64,000 bases of DNA from the human T2T-CHM13v2.0 reference genome, Homo sapiens: NCBI RefSeq assembly GCF_009914755.1, contig NC_060933.1; one strand, written 5' to 3'. Position numbers and translations under genes: made by a program. Below the pieces are notes generated by a model. That model was given only the letters and a program-made list of their open reading frames with translations, was not told where the DNA came from and did not search any database. Below, piece after piece: positions 15,430 to 30,273 of this stretch (the first letter of the stretch is position 1; every line of letters starts with the position of its first letter).

Positions 15430-17560
15430 GAGTGAGGGATGGCTGGCCACCCGCCTAATACAGCCCCAGTCTGCGGATCAGCTGCCTCCTTCCCCTCCGC
15501 TGGCTTTGTTAGCACACGCGCTCTGACACCGGGCCACCGGCTGCCACTACACGGAGGGCAGCAGGAAGGCTCTGGCGAGCCAGTGAGCTGGAAGCATCTC
15601 TGTCCACACCTCAGCCTCTGAACCCCATCGGGGGAGTCCTCAAACACGCGGAGACACCATTACTGCCACAAAGACGCACTTCGCAACCAGTTCCGGGAGT
15701 CGCTCTGACCCTGAGGACAGTCGTGGTGCTAGGTAAGGGACGAGGGGCTGTTTCCCCGCCTGAGTGGGAACTCAGCGGCTCCTGGCATTTGAGCGCACAC
15801 AGGCACTCACACACTTCCACATACGCTCATGCGCACATATGTGTACACCAACACACACGTCCACATGCACACACAGCGACACGCCACCCCGCTCCAAAGC
15901 CCCGTGCGCTAACAAGTATCCATATACCCAGACACAGCGCTCCCCTGAGTTAGGAAACACTCAGCTTTGCCCGCCCCATCCATCCCTCCGTCTTTCCCTC
16001 TCTCCAGTCTCTGCATTCATTCATTTCTTCGTTTGTGCATCGATTCCGCCGAAGCCACTGAGAGGAGAAGGTGTGGGTAGATGGGGAGGGGAGGGGAGGG
16101 AGGGGCGGTCCGTGGGCGCTGGGCTACTGGAGGGGAAGCGAGGAGGCGGGGAAGGGGCGGGCCCCAGGAGCAGGCGGGCGGGGCTCCCCGCCCTCCAGCG
16201 CGCCCGGAGGCTACCACTCCCTGCAGATGCGCTGGCCCCAGCCCGGGGCTGCCGCTCGCCTTCCCCCGGAGTCTCCTGGACCCCCGGAGCGGGAGGCAGC
16301 GGCCGCGCGGCGCTGGACTGGAGCAGAACCCCAGGACTGCGCCCCCGGGAGCGGGCGCCCAGAGGTGGGTGTCCAAGCTGGGGAGGGGAGGGGCTGGAGT
16401 GTCCTCGAGTGTGAGGAAGGGGTGGCCGAGGAAGGGGTTGCCGAGGAAGGGCTGGAAATCTGGGAGTCCTCGGAAGCACCGCGGGCTTTTAAAGGGCTTT
16501 TTGTGGTCCTTGTCGAGCGGAGCGTGTGCTGGGAGAGGGCCCGGGTGGAGGGGCTGTGGCCATGTGGATTTGAATTCCTAGGTTTGTGGGAGGGCCAAGC
16601 CTTTGGCTGCTTTGTTCAATGCTTATCATTTATATATGCTTTAAAAACTAAACGCAGGACTCCGCTTCTCCCTGTATACACACAGAGCTGGGCTGTGTGT
16701 CCTTTTCAGGAAAAGCAGTGAAATCAAATGTGGTCGTGGCCGCATCTCCTGCCCCGGGAGCACCGGGAGGTGCAGCCGTTCCTTCTAGCTCGCGAGGAAG
16801 GCGCGGGTCCTGCCTTTTGGGTGGCAGAGCCGGGGGCATTTTCGCAAGTCCTGAACTTTTCAGAGAGACTGAAGTCAGGGAGGGCCGGGCCCCGGCCCCG
16901 GTCCCGGCCCCAGCCAGAGTCTTTCGGGATAGGGTCCAGGGAGCTGAACTCAGGAGATGATGCAGGAGGAGCCAGCAGCCTCTTCTGCCCTGGGAGGGAG
17001 AACGCGGTCCGGGTCCGAGCTGAGCCAGAAGTTTGGCCTGAGGCTGGGACCTCAGCAGTTAGAATGTGGTATCTTATCCGAGATAAAGCCGGAGTTTGCG
17101 TCTCTGTGGGCCCTTCTTGGGGACACTCTGGGGTATGGGAAGAGCAGACCGTGGGGGAGAGCACTGGGCAAGCCGTACCTGTAATGTCCGTGGAGGCGAC
17201 GCGCCTGCAAGAACCAGAGCAAGGAGACACTGGTGGCCCCAAGAAATCCCAGAGAAACGGAGTGGATAGGAGGGGAGTAAAACGGAGCCCGGGAGAGCCG
17301 GAAGCCCGCAGCAGGGAGCTGTGGCGCTGGTGGCCGGGTGAGGACTGAAGGCAAAGGGCGAGGCGGCGTGCAGCCGGGCTGCCGAGCTCTCCAACGCGGA
17401 TGCCAGGCGCTCGCCAGCCTGAGGGATCCCTCCTGACCCACAAAGAGGGCGTCTGGGAGGTGACTCGTTTAGAGAGATGGTGGATTCCCTTTCCAGACCC
17501 AGGAAAGCCCGTTTCCCGTGTGGGGTAGCATGGGTTTGGCTCTGATAGGCTGCGTGGTCA
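15430..17560. promoter_or_regulatory. CpG-island promoter of AKAP2
   Basis: Sharp rise in GC and CpG content against CpG-depleted flanks; GC boxes (GGGGCGG ~16102, GGGGCGGG ~16154); repeat-free; contains the coding exon. Confidence 0.9.
16227..16364 (+). CDS. AKAP2: First coding exon (46 codons, phase-0 end) of the long A-kinase anchor protein 2 isoform, PALM2AKAP2 locus
   Basis: ATG at 16227 inside the CpG island. Translation MRWPQPGAAARLPPESPGPPEREAAAARRWTGAEPQDCAPGSGRPE matches the AKAP2 N-terminus as I recall it and ends exactly at GAG|GTGGGT (GT 16365-16366). The next exon (KPPQLSEDD...) is not visible in the window. Confidence 0.88.
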
Positions 17561-17993
17561 GATCAGACTTTGACATATCACTACCCTTCCCCGTAGCAGT
17601 TTTAAATGCAGCACAGGTGATTTGGGAAGACTTCCTAAATGTATAATATTTCTTTTTGAAAAGAAACTTCACCTACTCATACGTCTATACACCTCTCTCT
17701 GTATTGCATCTTGGAATCTGTGAACAAGCCCATGTCTCCCGGGAAGCGCTCTTCTATCCCAACTCCCGTTTCACAGGCTCCTGGAGACTGCATGAATACA
17801 AACTCCTCTCACCATTGGGATCCCAGGGAATTTGCTTCCTTGTCTTTTGTTCTGATTAGAGTTCATTTAAGCATCACACTTTTCTTTCTGGAAATGTTCT
17901 TAATTTAAATTTAACTAAGCTTCCCTTTCTTCCAGTCTGGCAGCTTCCCCAACATTCATGAATACAATTTCATAATAATATGTCTAGAAATGA

Positions 17994-18467
<474 letters not shown>

Positions 18468-19403
18468 TGAGTGGAGGCACACCAAGTTTCCTGCAATTAT
18501 CTTGGACAGCACCAACAAAATTAGTCCTGAGCCAGGGACAACAAAAGTAAGGCTGCCTGTCTCCCAGTCTTTACTTAACCAACTCTGCTGGAGAGTTCAT
18601 TTCACTTTCTTTCTGGGATGCTGAGATGCTAGGATGAGAGGAATAGCTGGGCTTTGAGATGGGACAAACATTTTGAAATACTCATTATCTCATAGTTCTG
18701 GCATGACAGTTGGCACCACTTCCTGCCTGCAGAGTCTGAAGTTATTTCACTTTCATAAGTGGCTTATTCTGACTCAGTAGCCTCAGGACCTCTGGCTAAT
18801 AAAGTGAAGTAGGTTGTCTTAACTTCGTTGTCAAATGAAGGGAGAATGAATCCACTGGCTTTATTTCTGAAAGTTTGAATATTTTCTTATAGAACTAACA
18901 TTAAATATTACTTCCAAAAATGCAAACACTTTGGTCTTTCTAGTCATTGTAATTATTGTCTAGATAATTACAATAATCCAAACAATAACCATTACGGATT
19001 TGGTGAGCTCTTAAAATACCCATGTCCCAGATTTCTGTCACGGTTATTACCAGTCTCTGCTTATTAAGGTAATGAGAAATGTTTCAAATGAAGATGAAAT
19101 TGAATTTGGATGGAGGTTGTGTTGAGGGATTTTAACAGTTGAAACAGGAGCATGCTAAAAAGTTACTTCTGAAGACCAAGGATAGACTGTTTAGTTCCAG
19201 TCTTTAGCTTTATACATGACTCAACGCCAGTAGAATTGATGCTGTATCTTGAATCAGCTTTTGGAATGATTGTTTTTTGATCTTAAGAAACATAGTACTC
19301 ACTGCTTAGATTGTTGATCAGGGATTCTGTGTCAGCTATTGGAAGTTTGAAGTAATTGATTAGTATCTTGATGAGCTTCAACAATTTCAGTAAGTTTGGG
19401 TAG

Positions 19404-19710
<307 letters not shown>

Positions 19711-20751
19711 CACCATTTTCTTTATACTGTGCAAACTCAACACCCAGAGGCAGAATTTCTGTAAAGCTAAAAATAAAGGAACAACTTCAACTTCAGTTTC
19801 TCTCATTGGCATGAGCCTCACCCAGCAGCACTTCGGGTAGCTTGGGCCTCAGGGAAGAATGTTACCATGGACCATGATGGGAGTTAAGGTAATCCATATA
19901 CATGTATATCTTACTTTGTAAAATAATCCCCTCTATGAACATGTAAGACTACTGTTCACAATTTGGACATTTTCCTTTCAAACACATTTTTCATGAATAT
20001 ATTATAGGAAAGTTAAAACCATCTCTATTCTAAAAGGAAAATCTACCATTTGGCTCAGAGAGAAAGTTACTGAGTTTGTCTATGTGATTTTAAGTAGTAT
20101 TTGATTAGAGTATTAAAGAAATGGGGTACTTCAAGTAACATAACACCTGATATTTAAATCTAAGTTTTAAAAATGTATTTCACCCATTGTTAATGAAAGT
20201 GTTTCTAAGATGTAACCCCTGGTTAGCTATTCCGTCTTCTTGCCTTGATGGGTTGACTGGTGGTGAATGTGCTGTTGTCATTCCATTGACAGTTCGGGAT
20301 TTTGTGGTGGTCTCAGCATATTAGCATAGATGTGAGTTGTAATTTTATAGGATTATGGAACTGTAATTGTGGAACTCCTGCAGGGCAGACTCTGGAGGCT
20401 AGCTTTTTAGAAAACTGAAACCTCCAGTATAAACTTAATTTCTGTCATTTGCCCCATTTTCTTGAAAGTTAAGTGCCAGAAAAGAAAAGGATCGAGTCTC
20501 TCTTTTCTTTCTACAATAAAACAGAATATACTTTCTCCAGGGTTTGGTGGTGGGTTCCTTTTTCCTGTTGAGGTGGATTCTGAGATTGAGGAGGGGCTGG
20601 AGAAGACAGAGCATGAGGGAAAGAGACTGAGAACATACTCAGGCTGCCCTCGCCTCCTTTTCCCTTTCGTGCTCCTGTCTCCCATCTAGGAGGACCAGGG
20701 CTACCAGTCCTTGTGGGGACAAGTTTGAGTAGGATCAAGAGACATGTAACT

Positions 20752-21131
<380 letters not shown>

Positions 21132-21600
21132 TCAGAGTGCCCCGCATAGGCCGTGCAACTGGAGAAGGTGCCCTGTGGAGGCAGAATGCTGCTGCTGGGG
21201 TCCTTAACCAGGCAGAGGTTGGATATGAAGATGAGATGATGTAGCTTCTTTTGAGTAGGTTTGAGGGGTTGGGTTTTTTGTTTGTTTTTTCTTCTAAGCC
21301 TTGGAAGGATGCATGAACTCGTTGAAGGGGGTGTGACATGAATGCCAGGGAAGGAGAGAGACCTGTGGAACTTACTGGGGAAGGCCACTATGCTTTGAAC
21401 CCTTCTTTTTTCTTAGATATGGGCAGGGGCTTTGTGGTTGTTTTTGATGCCTGATTGGAGCAGATGGGGTGGCAAGGCCAAATACGCAGATATTGTGGTG
21501 CGCCCTTTATCCAGAACCAGGGCATGGCCAAAGCACCCTAGTGCCTCAGCCAAGTTCTCTGTGAGATCTTGGTCTGTCACATAAACAAAATCTTAGTTCA

Positions 21601-21919
<319 letters not shown>

Positions 21920-22077
21920 TACCAAAACCTACCTGTTCAAAACTTGTGTAAAATCAGATGGTTATGGAAGCACCTTGTACATGTATTCCTCCTAAAGTTG
22001 GTTGTTCTTAAATTAACCAAAGCCTTCTTTCATCTTCATTACAGATGCAAATGATAAGTAAATAGTTTTTAAATTAA

Positions 22078-22404
22078 TTATTTTTATTATTATTTTTTGA
22101 AACAGGGTCTCACTCTGTCACCCAGGCTGGAGTGCAGTTGTGTGATCATAGCTCACTGCAGTCTCGAACTTCTGGGCTCAAGTGATCCTCTTGTCTCAGC
22201 CTCTTGAGTAGCTGGGACTACAGGTGCATGCCACCATGCCTGGCTGTTTTTCTATTGTTTGTAGAGACAGGGTCTCACTACATCGACCAAGCTGGTCTTG
22301 AACTTCGGGGCTCAAGCAGTCCTCCCACCTCGGCCTCCCAAGCAGTTCCACAATTACATTCCCAAAGTGCTGGGATAACAGGCATGAGCCGCCATGTGCT
22401 GGCC
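22078..22404 (-). mobile_element. AluJ-like with a small internal insertion
   Basis: Consensus interrupted at ~22342-22360. Confidence 0.9.
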
Positions 22405-22679
22405 TAAAGTTAACACTTAAAATGCTAGCAATTGTGCAGCAGATCAATTGTTCATCCTTCACACTGATTAAGTAGCTTTGAACATGGAAATTCTCTAAGC
22501 CTGACTGCCCCCCGCCCCTACCCGCCAGCTGCCATTCTCACCCCTGAAGCACTTGCACTATTGAGAATTCTTCTATTTTTCATTAGTTGATCCTTCTTTA
22601 AGCTTTGAGTAATTCAGGAATTGGTCTTCATTGGGACAATGGACCGCAATTTTCAGAACCATAATCCTAGTTTTTTAGT

Positions 22680-23002
22680 TTTTTTTTTTAAATTTTTATT
22701 TATTTATTTATTTATTTTTTGAGACAGAGTTTTGCTCTTGTTGCCCAGGCTGGAGTGCAGTGGCGCAATCTCAGCTCACAGCAACCTCCACCTCCTGGGT
22801 TTAAGCCATTCTCCTGCCTCAGCCTCCTGAGTAGCTGGGATTACAGGCGTGTGCCACTGTGCCCGGCTAATTTTTGTATTTTTAGTAGAGGTGAGGTTTC
22901 ACATGTTGTCCAGGCTGGTCTCAAATTCCTGACCTCAGGTGATCTGCCCACCTTGGGCAATCCCAAAATGTTGGGATTACAGGCATGAGCCACCACGCCT
23001 GG
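22680..23002 (-). mobile_element. AluS
   Basis: Consensus and T-rich tail. Confidence 0.93.
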
Positions 23003-23009
23003 GGAAGGG

Positions 23010-23170
23010 GCCTCTTTTGGTGAAAAGGCAAGGGCACTACTCCTATTCATTAGTGTTCTACGCTTACGACCTAATCACCTCCCAGAGGACCCACCTCCTC
23101 ATTCCATTGTATTGGGAATTAGTCTTCAAAATATGAATTTTAGGGAGACACAAACATTCAGACCCTAGCA
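23010..23170 (-). mobile_element. MLT1 (ERVL-MaLR) LTR fragment
   Basis: acctaatcacctcccagaggacccacctcct...acacaaacattcagaccctagca terminus. Confidence 0.75.
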
Positions 23171-24874
23171 GGGACCCTGGAAAGGATTCTCATTGTGCAG
23201 AGTATGGATAAACAGTGATGCTAGGGCAGTTTTTCCAGGGTTGTCAGAAAGGGCTGAACTAGAAGTTTCCCCACTGTGCCTGGAGTGCCCTGGGTTGGTT
23301 GAGTGTAGGGTTTCGAAGATAATTTTGTCAGGACTCTTTAGTTTTTAGTCTTTTATGAGTTAGAAGAGTGTGCATATGTAACTGCCACCATACCACAGCA
23401 AGTTCCAGCAAGAGAGAGGATTCCTCAGGTGGCCATCCTATCCAAACTCCATGGCTCTTTCCAGGGCGTTTGTGGGAAACCTGTGGGGCTAGGACTGAGC
23501 TAGACTTTTTCAGTAGCTGAGACTGGTCCTGCAGACCCATGAAAGGTGCCATGCCGTCACCCAGTAGGGGGCAGGGAGGGACCCTCATTTGCCCCTCTTC
23601 CCGCCCAACAGTTGCCTGACTTCAGCCTTAATGCATAGCTCATCCAGAGTCCTCCTGAGCTCCCACCTGGTGAGGTGTGTGTAGAAGGTGTGAGGAAGGC
23701 CAAACCACATTTTCCTGGCAGTGGTTAACTGACCGTTTTCAGCCCGCCTCCCAGTGCAGCTGACTGCGTCAGCTTACATTACCGTGATGTCATTCCCATG
23801 GTGGGATAATATAGCATCTTACTTTGTCTGGAGTGGTGCCTCCCATAAGTTTTTTGATACCGCCTACAAATGGAGAAAGACATCATTGTTTAGCCATTTT
23901 TATTTGGGTGGGTTGGAGGAATGACTTTCCCAAAGGAATAAATCTTAGTTAATATTCCAGAAAATTCAAGTACTTTTCAACCCTAATTGAAAGGCACTCT
24001 GTGTGCGTGAATTAAAATCAAGGTGGAGTCCATGTGCCATGTGCTGTGTGATTCTAAAGCCATATTTTAGCTTGGCCTATTAGTATTTTGCATCAGAACA
24101 TTTTATACTTGCAAAGGTTAGCAAGAATTTTCCTCAGACACATTACAGATGAGCAGAATTTATTCATTTTGGGGGAAAAAATGAACAGACTGTATTTGGA
24201 AACTTAGATCATATCCAAAGCACTTGATGATTCCTGTTTGGAATCATTTTTCCTTCAAAGAATAGTTCAGATCAGTGTTAAATGCAGGGCAGAGATGGAC
24301 TCAAGAGTGGGAGGCATTGCTTTTGAATGGAATCACAATGTGTATATCATTTTAAGTATTATTTTTATGGTATGTTTCATTATCAAAACCATCTATAGCC
24401 TCCAAAGGATGACAGGTGTTATAGTGTGAGTGGCGTAGAGGGTGTTGAGATAGAGGAATGAAAAGAGAAGAGATCGTTCCCTTTCCACTCACCATTCATA
24501 GAGGAACTAAGTTTTACCTTCTAGGGAATTCCCTGTAATTCCCAGGGACGCCTTGTCCTTGCGGTTCCCAGGCAGGATGGTAGGAGGAGCTAAGTGGGAG
24601 GGAATTAATATTTCTTGAGTGTCGGCTGGTAAGTTGGTTGCTTTACCTCCACTTTTTTAGAGACAGGGTCTCTCCGTGTCACCCAGATGGAGTGCAGTGG
24701 TGTGATCATAGCTTACTGCAACCTTGAACTCCTACCTACACTATTTTACTTAATCTTTATAGTCACCAGCATTTTTCAAATGGAGATACTGAGACATTTG
24801 GAAGTCACATAACCATCCAGGGGTCCCACAGCTACATAATGTCAGGTCAGTTTTCCTACCCAGCTCCTTCTCTG

Positions 24875-25184
24875 TTTTTTTTTTTTTTGTTTTTTTGTTT
24901 TTTTTTTTGCAACAGAGACTCGCTCTGCCATGCTGGAGTGCAGTGGCGCCATCTCAGCTCACTGCAACCTCTGCCTCCCCGGTTCAAGCGATTTTCCTGC
25001 CTCAACTTCCTGAGTAGCTGTGTCTACAGGCGCGTGCCACCACGCCCGGCTAATTTCTTGTATTTTTAGTAGAGACGGGGTTTCACTGTGTTAGCCAGGG
25101 TGGTCTCCATCTCCTGACCTCATGATCCGCCTGCCTCGGCCTCCCAAAGTGCTGGGATTACAGGTGTGAGCCACCACGCCCAGC
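24875..25184 (-). mobile_element. AluSc/Y-like
   Basis: Consensus and poly-T. Confidence 0.93.
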
Positions 25185-25214
25185 CCTCTCCTTTTCTTAC
25201 TAAACCAGTGCTGT

Positions 25215-25385
25215 AGGGGCTTGCTACTCCAAGTGTGGTCTGGGGACCTGCAGCATTCCTGTCATCCAGGAGCGTGTTAAAACTAGAGTATCCTGAGCCC
25301 CATCCCAGACCTACTTAATCAGAATCTGCATTTTAGCAAAATCCCTAATGAGTCCTGAGCATGTTACTGTGTGAGGAAGCTCTGC
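25215..25385. mobile_element. MER5A-like
   Basis: ccccatcccagacctacttaatcagaatctgcatttt core. Confidence 0.75.
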
Positions 25386-26366
25386 TTAGAGGAGGAAAGT
25401 CTGACAATTACAACTATGCATCCTGGCCAAGACTCAGGACTTGAATCCATGGACTGGACCCGAAACATTGGTCTATCTCAGTGAGGGAGGAAGGGTGCTA
25501 CTAGAATCTGATGGGTAGAGACCAGGGATGCAGCTAAACGCTCTATAACACACAGGACACCCCCTTCCACCAACAAAGAATTATCCTGCACAAAATATCA
25601 ATGGTGCCAATGTTGAAAAACCCTGGTCTAATTGTCTAGATGTAGAATTCACATCCTGTAGATATGTTTCGTAGCCTCAGATGTATGCAAATCTCTAGGA
25701 AGTAGATCTTAAAGGAGTTGATACAAATTGCAGTGTGCTATGCAAATGGGAATATTTTTATTGGGACTTGAAAAGAGAAAAAGAGCTTAAACTGAAGCAT
25801 GAAAGATTTCCATTAGAGTTTTGAGAGTGTCAGACTCTCAAACAATAATATCAGGGATGCAGTGGAAAAGTTTCTAAGCATGTACTGAGTACCCACCATT
25901 GAGGGTGCTACAAGGCAACATTCCCTCCCATTCCCAATCCTGCCTGGCAACAGTGCCTTCTGTTTCTTCATTTTATTCCTAAGACTTGCCCTGGCCTTTG
26001 TCCTACCTTTCCGTTCTCAAGCAGGATATGCTGGGTCAGTTGTGCCACCTGGAGGCTGGGGGAGGAACGCAAATAATGAATAATTGGTAAAGGGAACCAA
26101 AGCGCTGTTTCTACCATCTTTTCCTCCCTGCCTGCGTGGATCCACACCTCACTGTTTCTTACTCAACTCCTTCAATGCCACGACACTGTAGCCACTTCCA
26201 CTGGTGGACACATATCCTCTCTCCCTCCTTCCTTCCCATTCTCTTTAGATCCTGGCCCAGAACATCTGAAAAGATCTGTCCTCCCTCCCCTGTCTCTCTC
26301 CCTTTTTTTCTTCTCTTTCTTCCTTTTCTGAGCTGAACAGCAACCTGTATCAATACTGGGAAGTAA

Positions 26367-26726
<360 letters not shown>

Positions 26727-27601
26727 TGAAATTATATCCAATAAAGAGCTCCTGTCATTCATCCAGTTGTGAGAGTCCCTTTGAGAGTTGCCAGAAATGT
26801 CTGCTGTCTTGTTTTTACTCTTAAATTAACTTGCTCTTTCTCGAAGTACAGAATTCTAAAACAGAGTTGGTGTTTTTGTTGTTGTTCTATTATGTCCTCC
26901 TGCTTTCTTTAGTTGTTGGTACTAGAATAGTCATTTTCTACTACTTTTTCATGGACATTATCCTTGAAATAGGTTATTCTAGACAAGTTTTGGAACCCAA
27001 ACTGGATTTAAGACCAAGGCATTCCAAGAAAAATAAAATCTTTTTGCAATTTCTATGCATCATCTTTTTATAACTTTCATTCTCCTTTGCAAAGGAAATG
27101 TGGGGCTGTGGATGTGAAAGGAGGTGGGGGCAGTGACCGGCCAGCTGCAGAACATTCAAGCCTGGCCTTTGGACTCAGAGACTAGGGCAGAAGAAGCCAG
27201 AGTGCTAGGCTTCTGGCCAGAGTGGAATGTGTCTTCCCAGGAGTGGGAAGCCTGTGTTTTTCCACCTTACCATCTGATCTGCTCCAGAGGGCTCTGCATT
27301 AGAAAAATAGGGAGCTATGGGGAATGACTAGGGGGTGGAGATCATGAGAGCAGTGTCTATGGAGGATTATCAGTTATGCTCAGAAAGGGAAGATTTGGCA
27401 CCTGGTCATCGATTTTTAGTACAGTAATTGTCTTGAGAAAAGTATTTGAGAATCAATATTAGAAACAATTTTTAAAATATATCAGTCTTAAAGGTACATA
27501 AATGAGAGGAAGAAAATCAGAGATCAGGGTGTCTGCAAGATGGTCTACTAGGCTTTTTATTATTGTAATTTGTGATTGAATGCCCTCTGTGGGGCCAGGT
27601 A

Positions 27602-27883
<282 letters not shown>

Positions 27884-28051
27884 GGGCCAGGTAATTTTAT
27901 TTTAGCCTGACAACTACTCTTTGGGGTCCTTGGATAGTTTTTAATTCCATTTTGAAGATGGAAAAGTGAGATGAATTGGTCAAGGTCAGGCCCACAGGCC
28001 CTATTTTTTTCCCCTTGCATTGTTACTGTGCTGGGTGACAACTGGTGCTGA

Positions 28052-28400
<349 letters not shown>

Positions 28401-29112
28401 TAAATATTAAGTTAAGCTTACAAGTTAAGCTACTTGTAAGCTGTCTGAAGGTCTATTTCCCTGACTTTGCAGTTCCTTAATTTTGAAGGCAATCTCTGCC
28501 TGTATGTCTTCTTCCTTAGAGACCTTTGTCCCGTTAAGGTAACCTCCTCTCCCAGCCCACACCTTCTAAAGTACCTTGTCACGTCTCATGAACTCCACAA
28601 GGGTCCTCTTGGGCATGATAATGTGTGTCACCTCTTGCAAGATCCACTAAACCCTCTTTGCCACAAGTTATGCTTTTCAAAGTCCGCCTGAAAATATGCT
28701 AACAAGAATCATTGTACAACTGACTTGCAAATACTTGAACAAATACAAATTAACAATTACTGCAGCTTTATGAAGAATGCATCCAAACCAAGGACAGAGT
28801 GGAGGAAGACATAATACAATGTATGGGTACAATTTAATAAAACCTTGAACCTTTAACATGGGCCCATTTTCATGCATGCATTGTGATCAAGTTTTGTTCA
28901 GAAGGGTGTAACTTAACTTTGAAAAAAACTATACATTTTTATGTGTTTTCAGTGAGTTTAACCTTCCATAAGCACAGATACTCTGTTATAAAAGTGAGTT
29001 TAAGCTGCTTCTTGATAATGAATGTTGACTGAAAGTCAGGCCCTATTTCCAGTGTCATATGTGGATTGTCATATTTAACCCCCGTAACAACCTTTGATAG
29101 AGATACCATTAT

Positions 29113-29344
29113 TTTATATATATATATAAAATATATATATTTATTTATATATATATGTGTGTGTGTACATATATATATGTGTACAACAGGTACACACCAC
29201 CACGCCTGGCTAATTTTTGTATTTTTAGTATAGATGGGGTTTCACCATGTTGGCCAGGCTGGTCTCGAACTCTTGAGCTCCAGTAATCTGCCTGCCTCGG
29301 CCTCCCAAAGTGCTGGGATTATAGGCATAAGCCAACATGCCAGA
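29113..29344 (-). mobile_element. (TA)n tract plus Alu left half inside a MIR
   Basis: Alu half at 29186-29344; MIR motifs on both sides. Confidence 0.8.
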
Positions 29345-29602
29345 CAAATATTATTATAATTTTTTGTTACAGATGAAGAAACAGACACAAGGGTTTAGGG
29401 CAAGGGTACACAGCTAGTGGCAAAGCCAAGCTTGGAATCCCTATAGGCTAGTGGTTAGAGACAGTCTCTTAATCATTCCTGTTTTTACTATGCTGCCTTC
29501 TTAGTGCTTAATACAAACTAAGCTTGTTGTCTCCTTTTACTATGGTTGGGGGTATAAATCTCAGTCCATAAACAAAGGCTTACAAAAAAATAGCATTAAA
29601 AA

Positions 29603-29980
29603 AATTTTATTTTAAGTTCCAGGATACATGTGCAGGACCTACAGGTTTGTTACATAGGTAAACGTGTGCCATGGTGCTTTGCTGCACCTATCAACCCATC
29701 ACCTACATATTAAGCCCTACATGCATTAGCTAGTTATCCTGATGCTCTCCCTCCCCACCCCCTCCAAGAGGCCCCAGTGTGTGTTGTTCCCTTCCCTGTG
29801 TCCATGTATACTCATTGTTCAGCTCTCACTTGTAAGTGAGAACATGTGGTGTTTGGTTTTCTGTTGCTGCATTAGTTTGCTGAGGATAATGGCTTTGAGC
29901 TCCATTCATGTCTCTGCAAAGTACATGATCTCATTCCTTTTTATGGCTGCATAGTATTCCATGGTGTATATGTACCACAT
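29603..29980 (-). mobile_element. 5'-truncated L1PA 3' end, TSD AAAAAATAGCATT
   Basis: gatacatgtgcagga...ttacataggtaaacgtgtgccatggtg antisense L1PA 3'UTR; duplication at ~29585 and 29981. Confidence 0.92.
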
Positions 29981-30273
29981 AAAAAATAGCATTTTAAAAC
30001 TTATGTAAATTAATTTTATCTCCAAGCCTTCAATCTGTCCAACTATAAGAAAATGTACCCCATTATTTTTAGACACACCCACCCTAGGATTACCTGCAGG
30101 ACCTAAGGTTTTAGAATGTGCTAGGTTGTGGGAAGTGGTCCATCCAACACCTATCTACAATGGTTTCAACAGTGATTTCTAGCACATGTGTTATATTAGT
30201 TTGCTAAGGCTGCCATAGCAAAGTACCACAGCCTGGGTAGTTTAAACAACAGAAATCTATTTTCTCATATAGT

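Noticed and set aside
16690-16712. Acceptor-like gtgtccttttCAG|G in the CpG island
   Set aside because: No convincing partner donor or recognisable peptide downstream.
15764-17443. Overlapping 100-240 aa ORFs on both strands of the CpG island
   Set aside because: High GC suppresses stop codons; only 16227-16364 matches a known protein and ends at a splice donor.
23759-23773. GCTGAC-TGC-GTCAGC resembling a Maf recognition element
   Set aside because: Spacing does not fit T-MARE or C-MARE consensus; too short to support without chromatin data.
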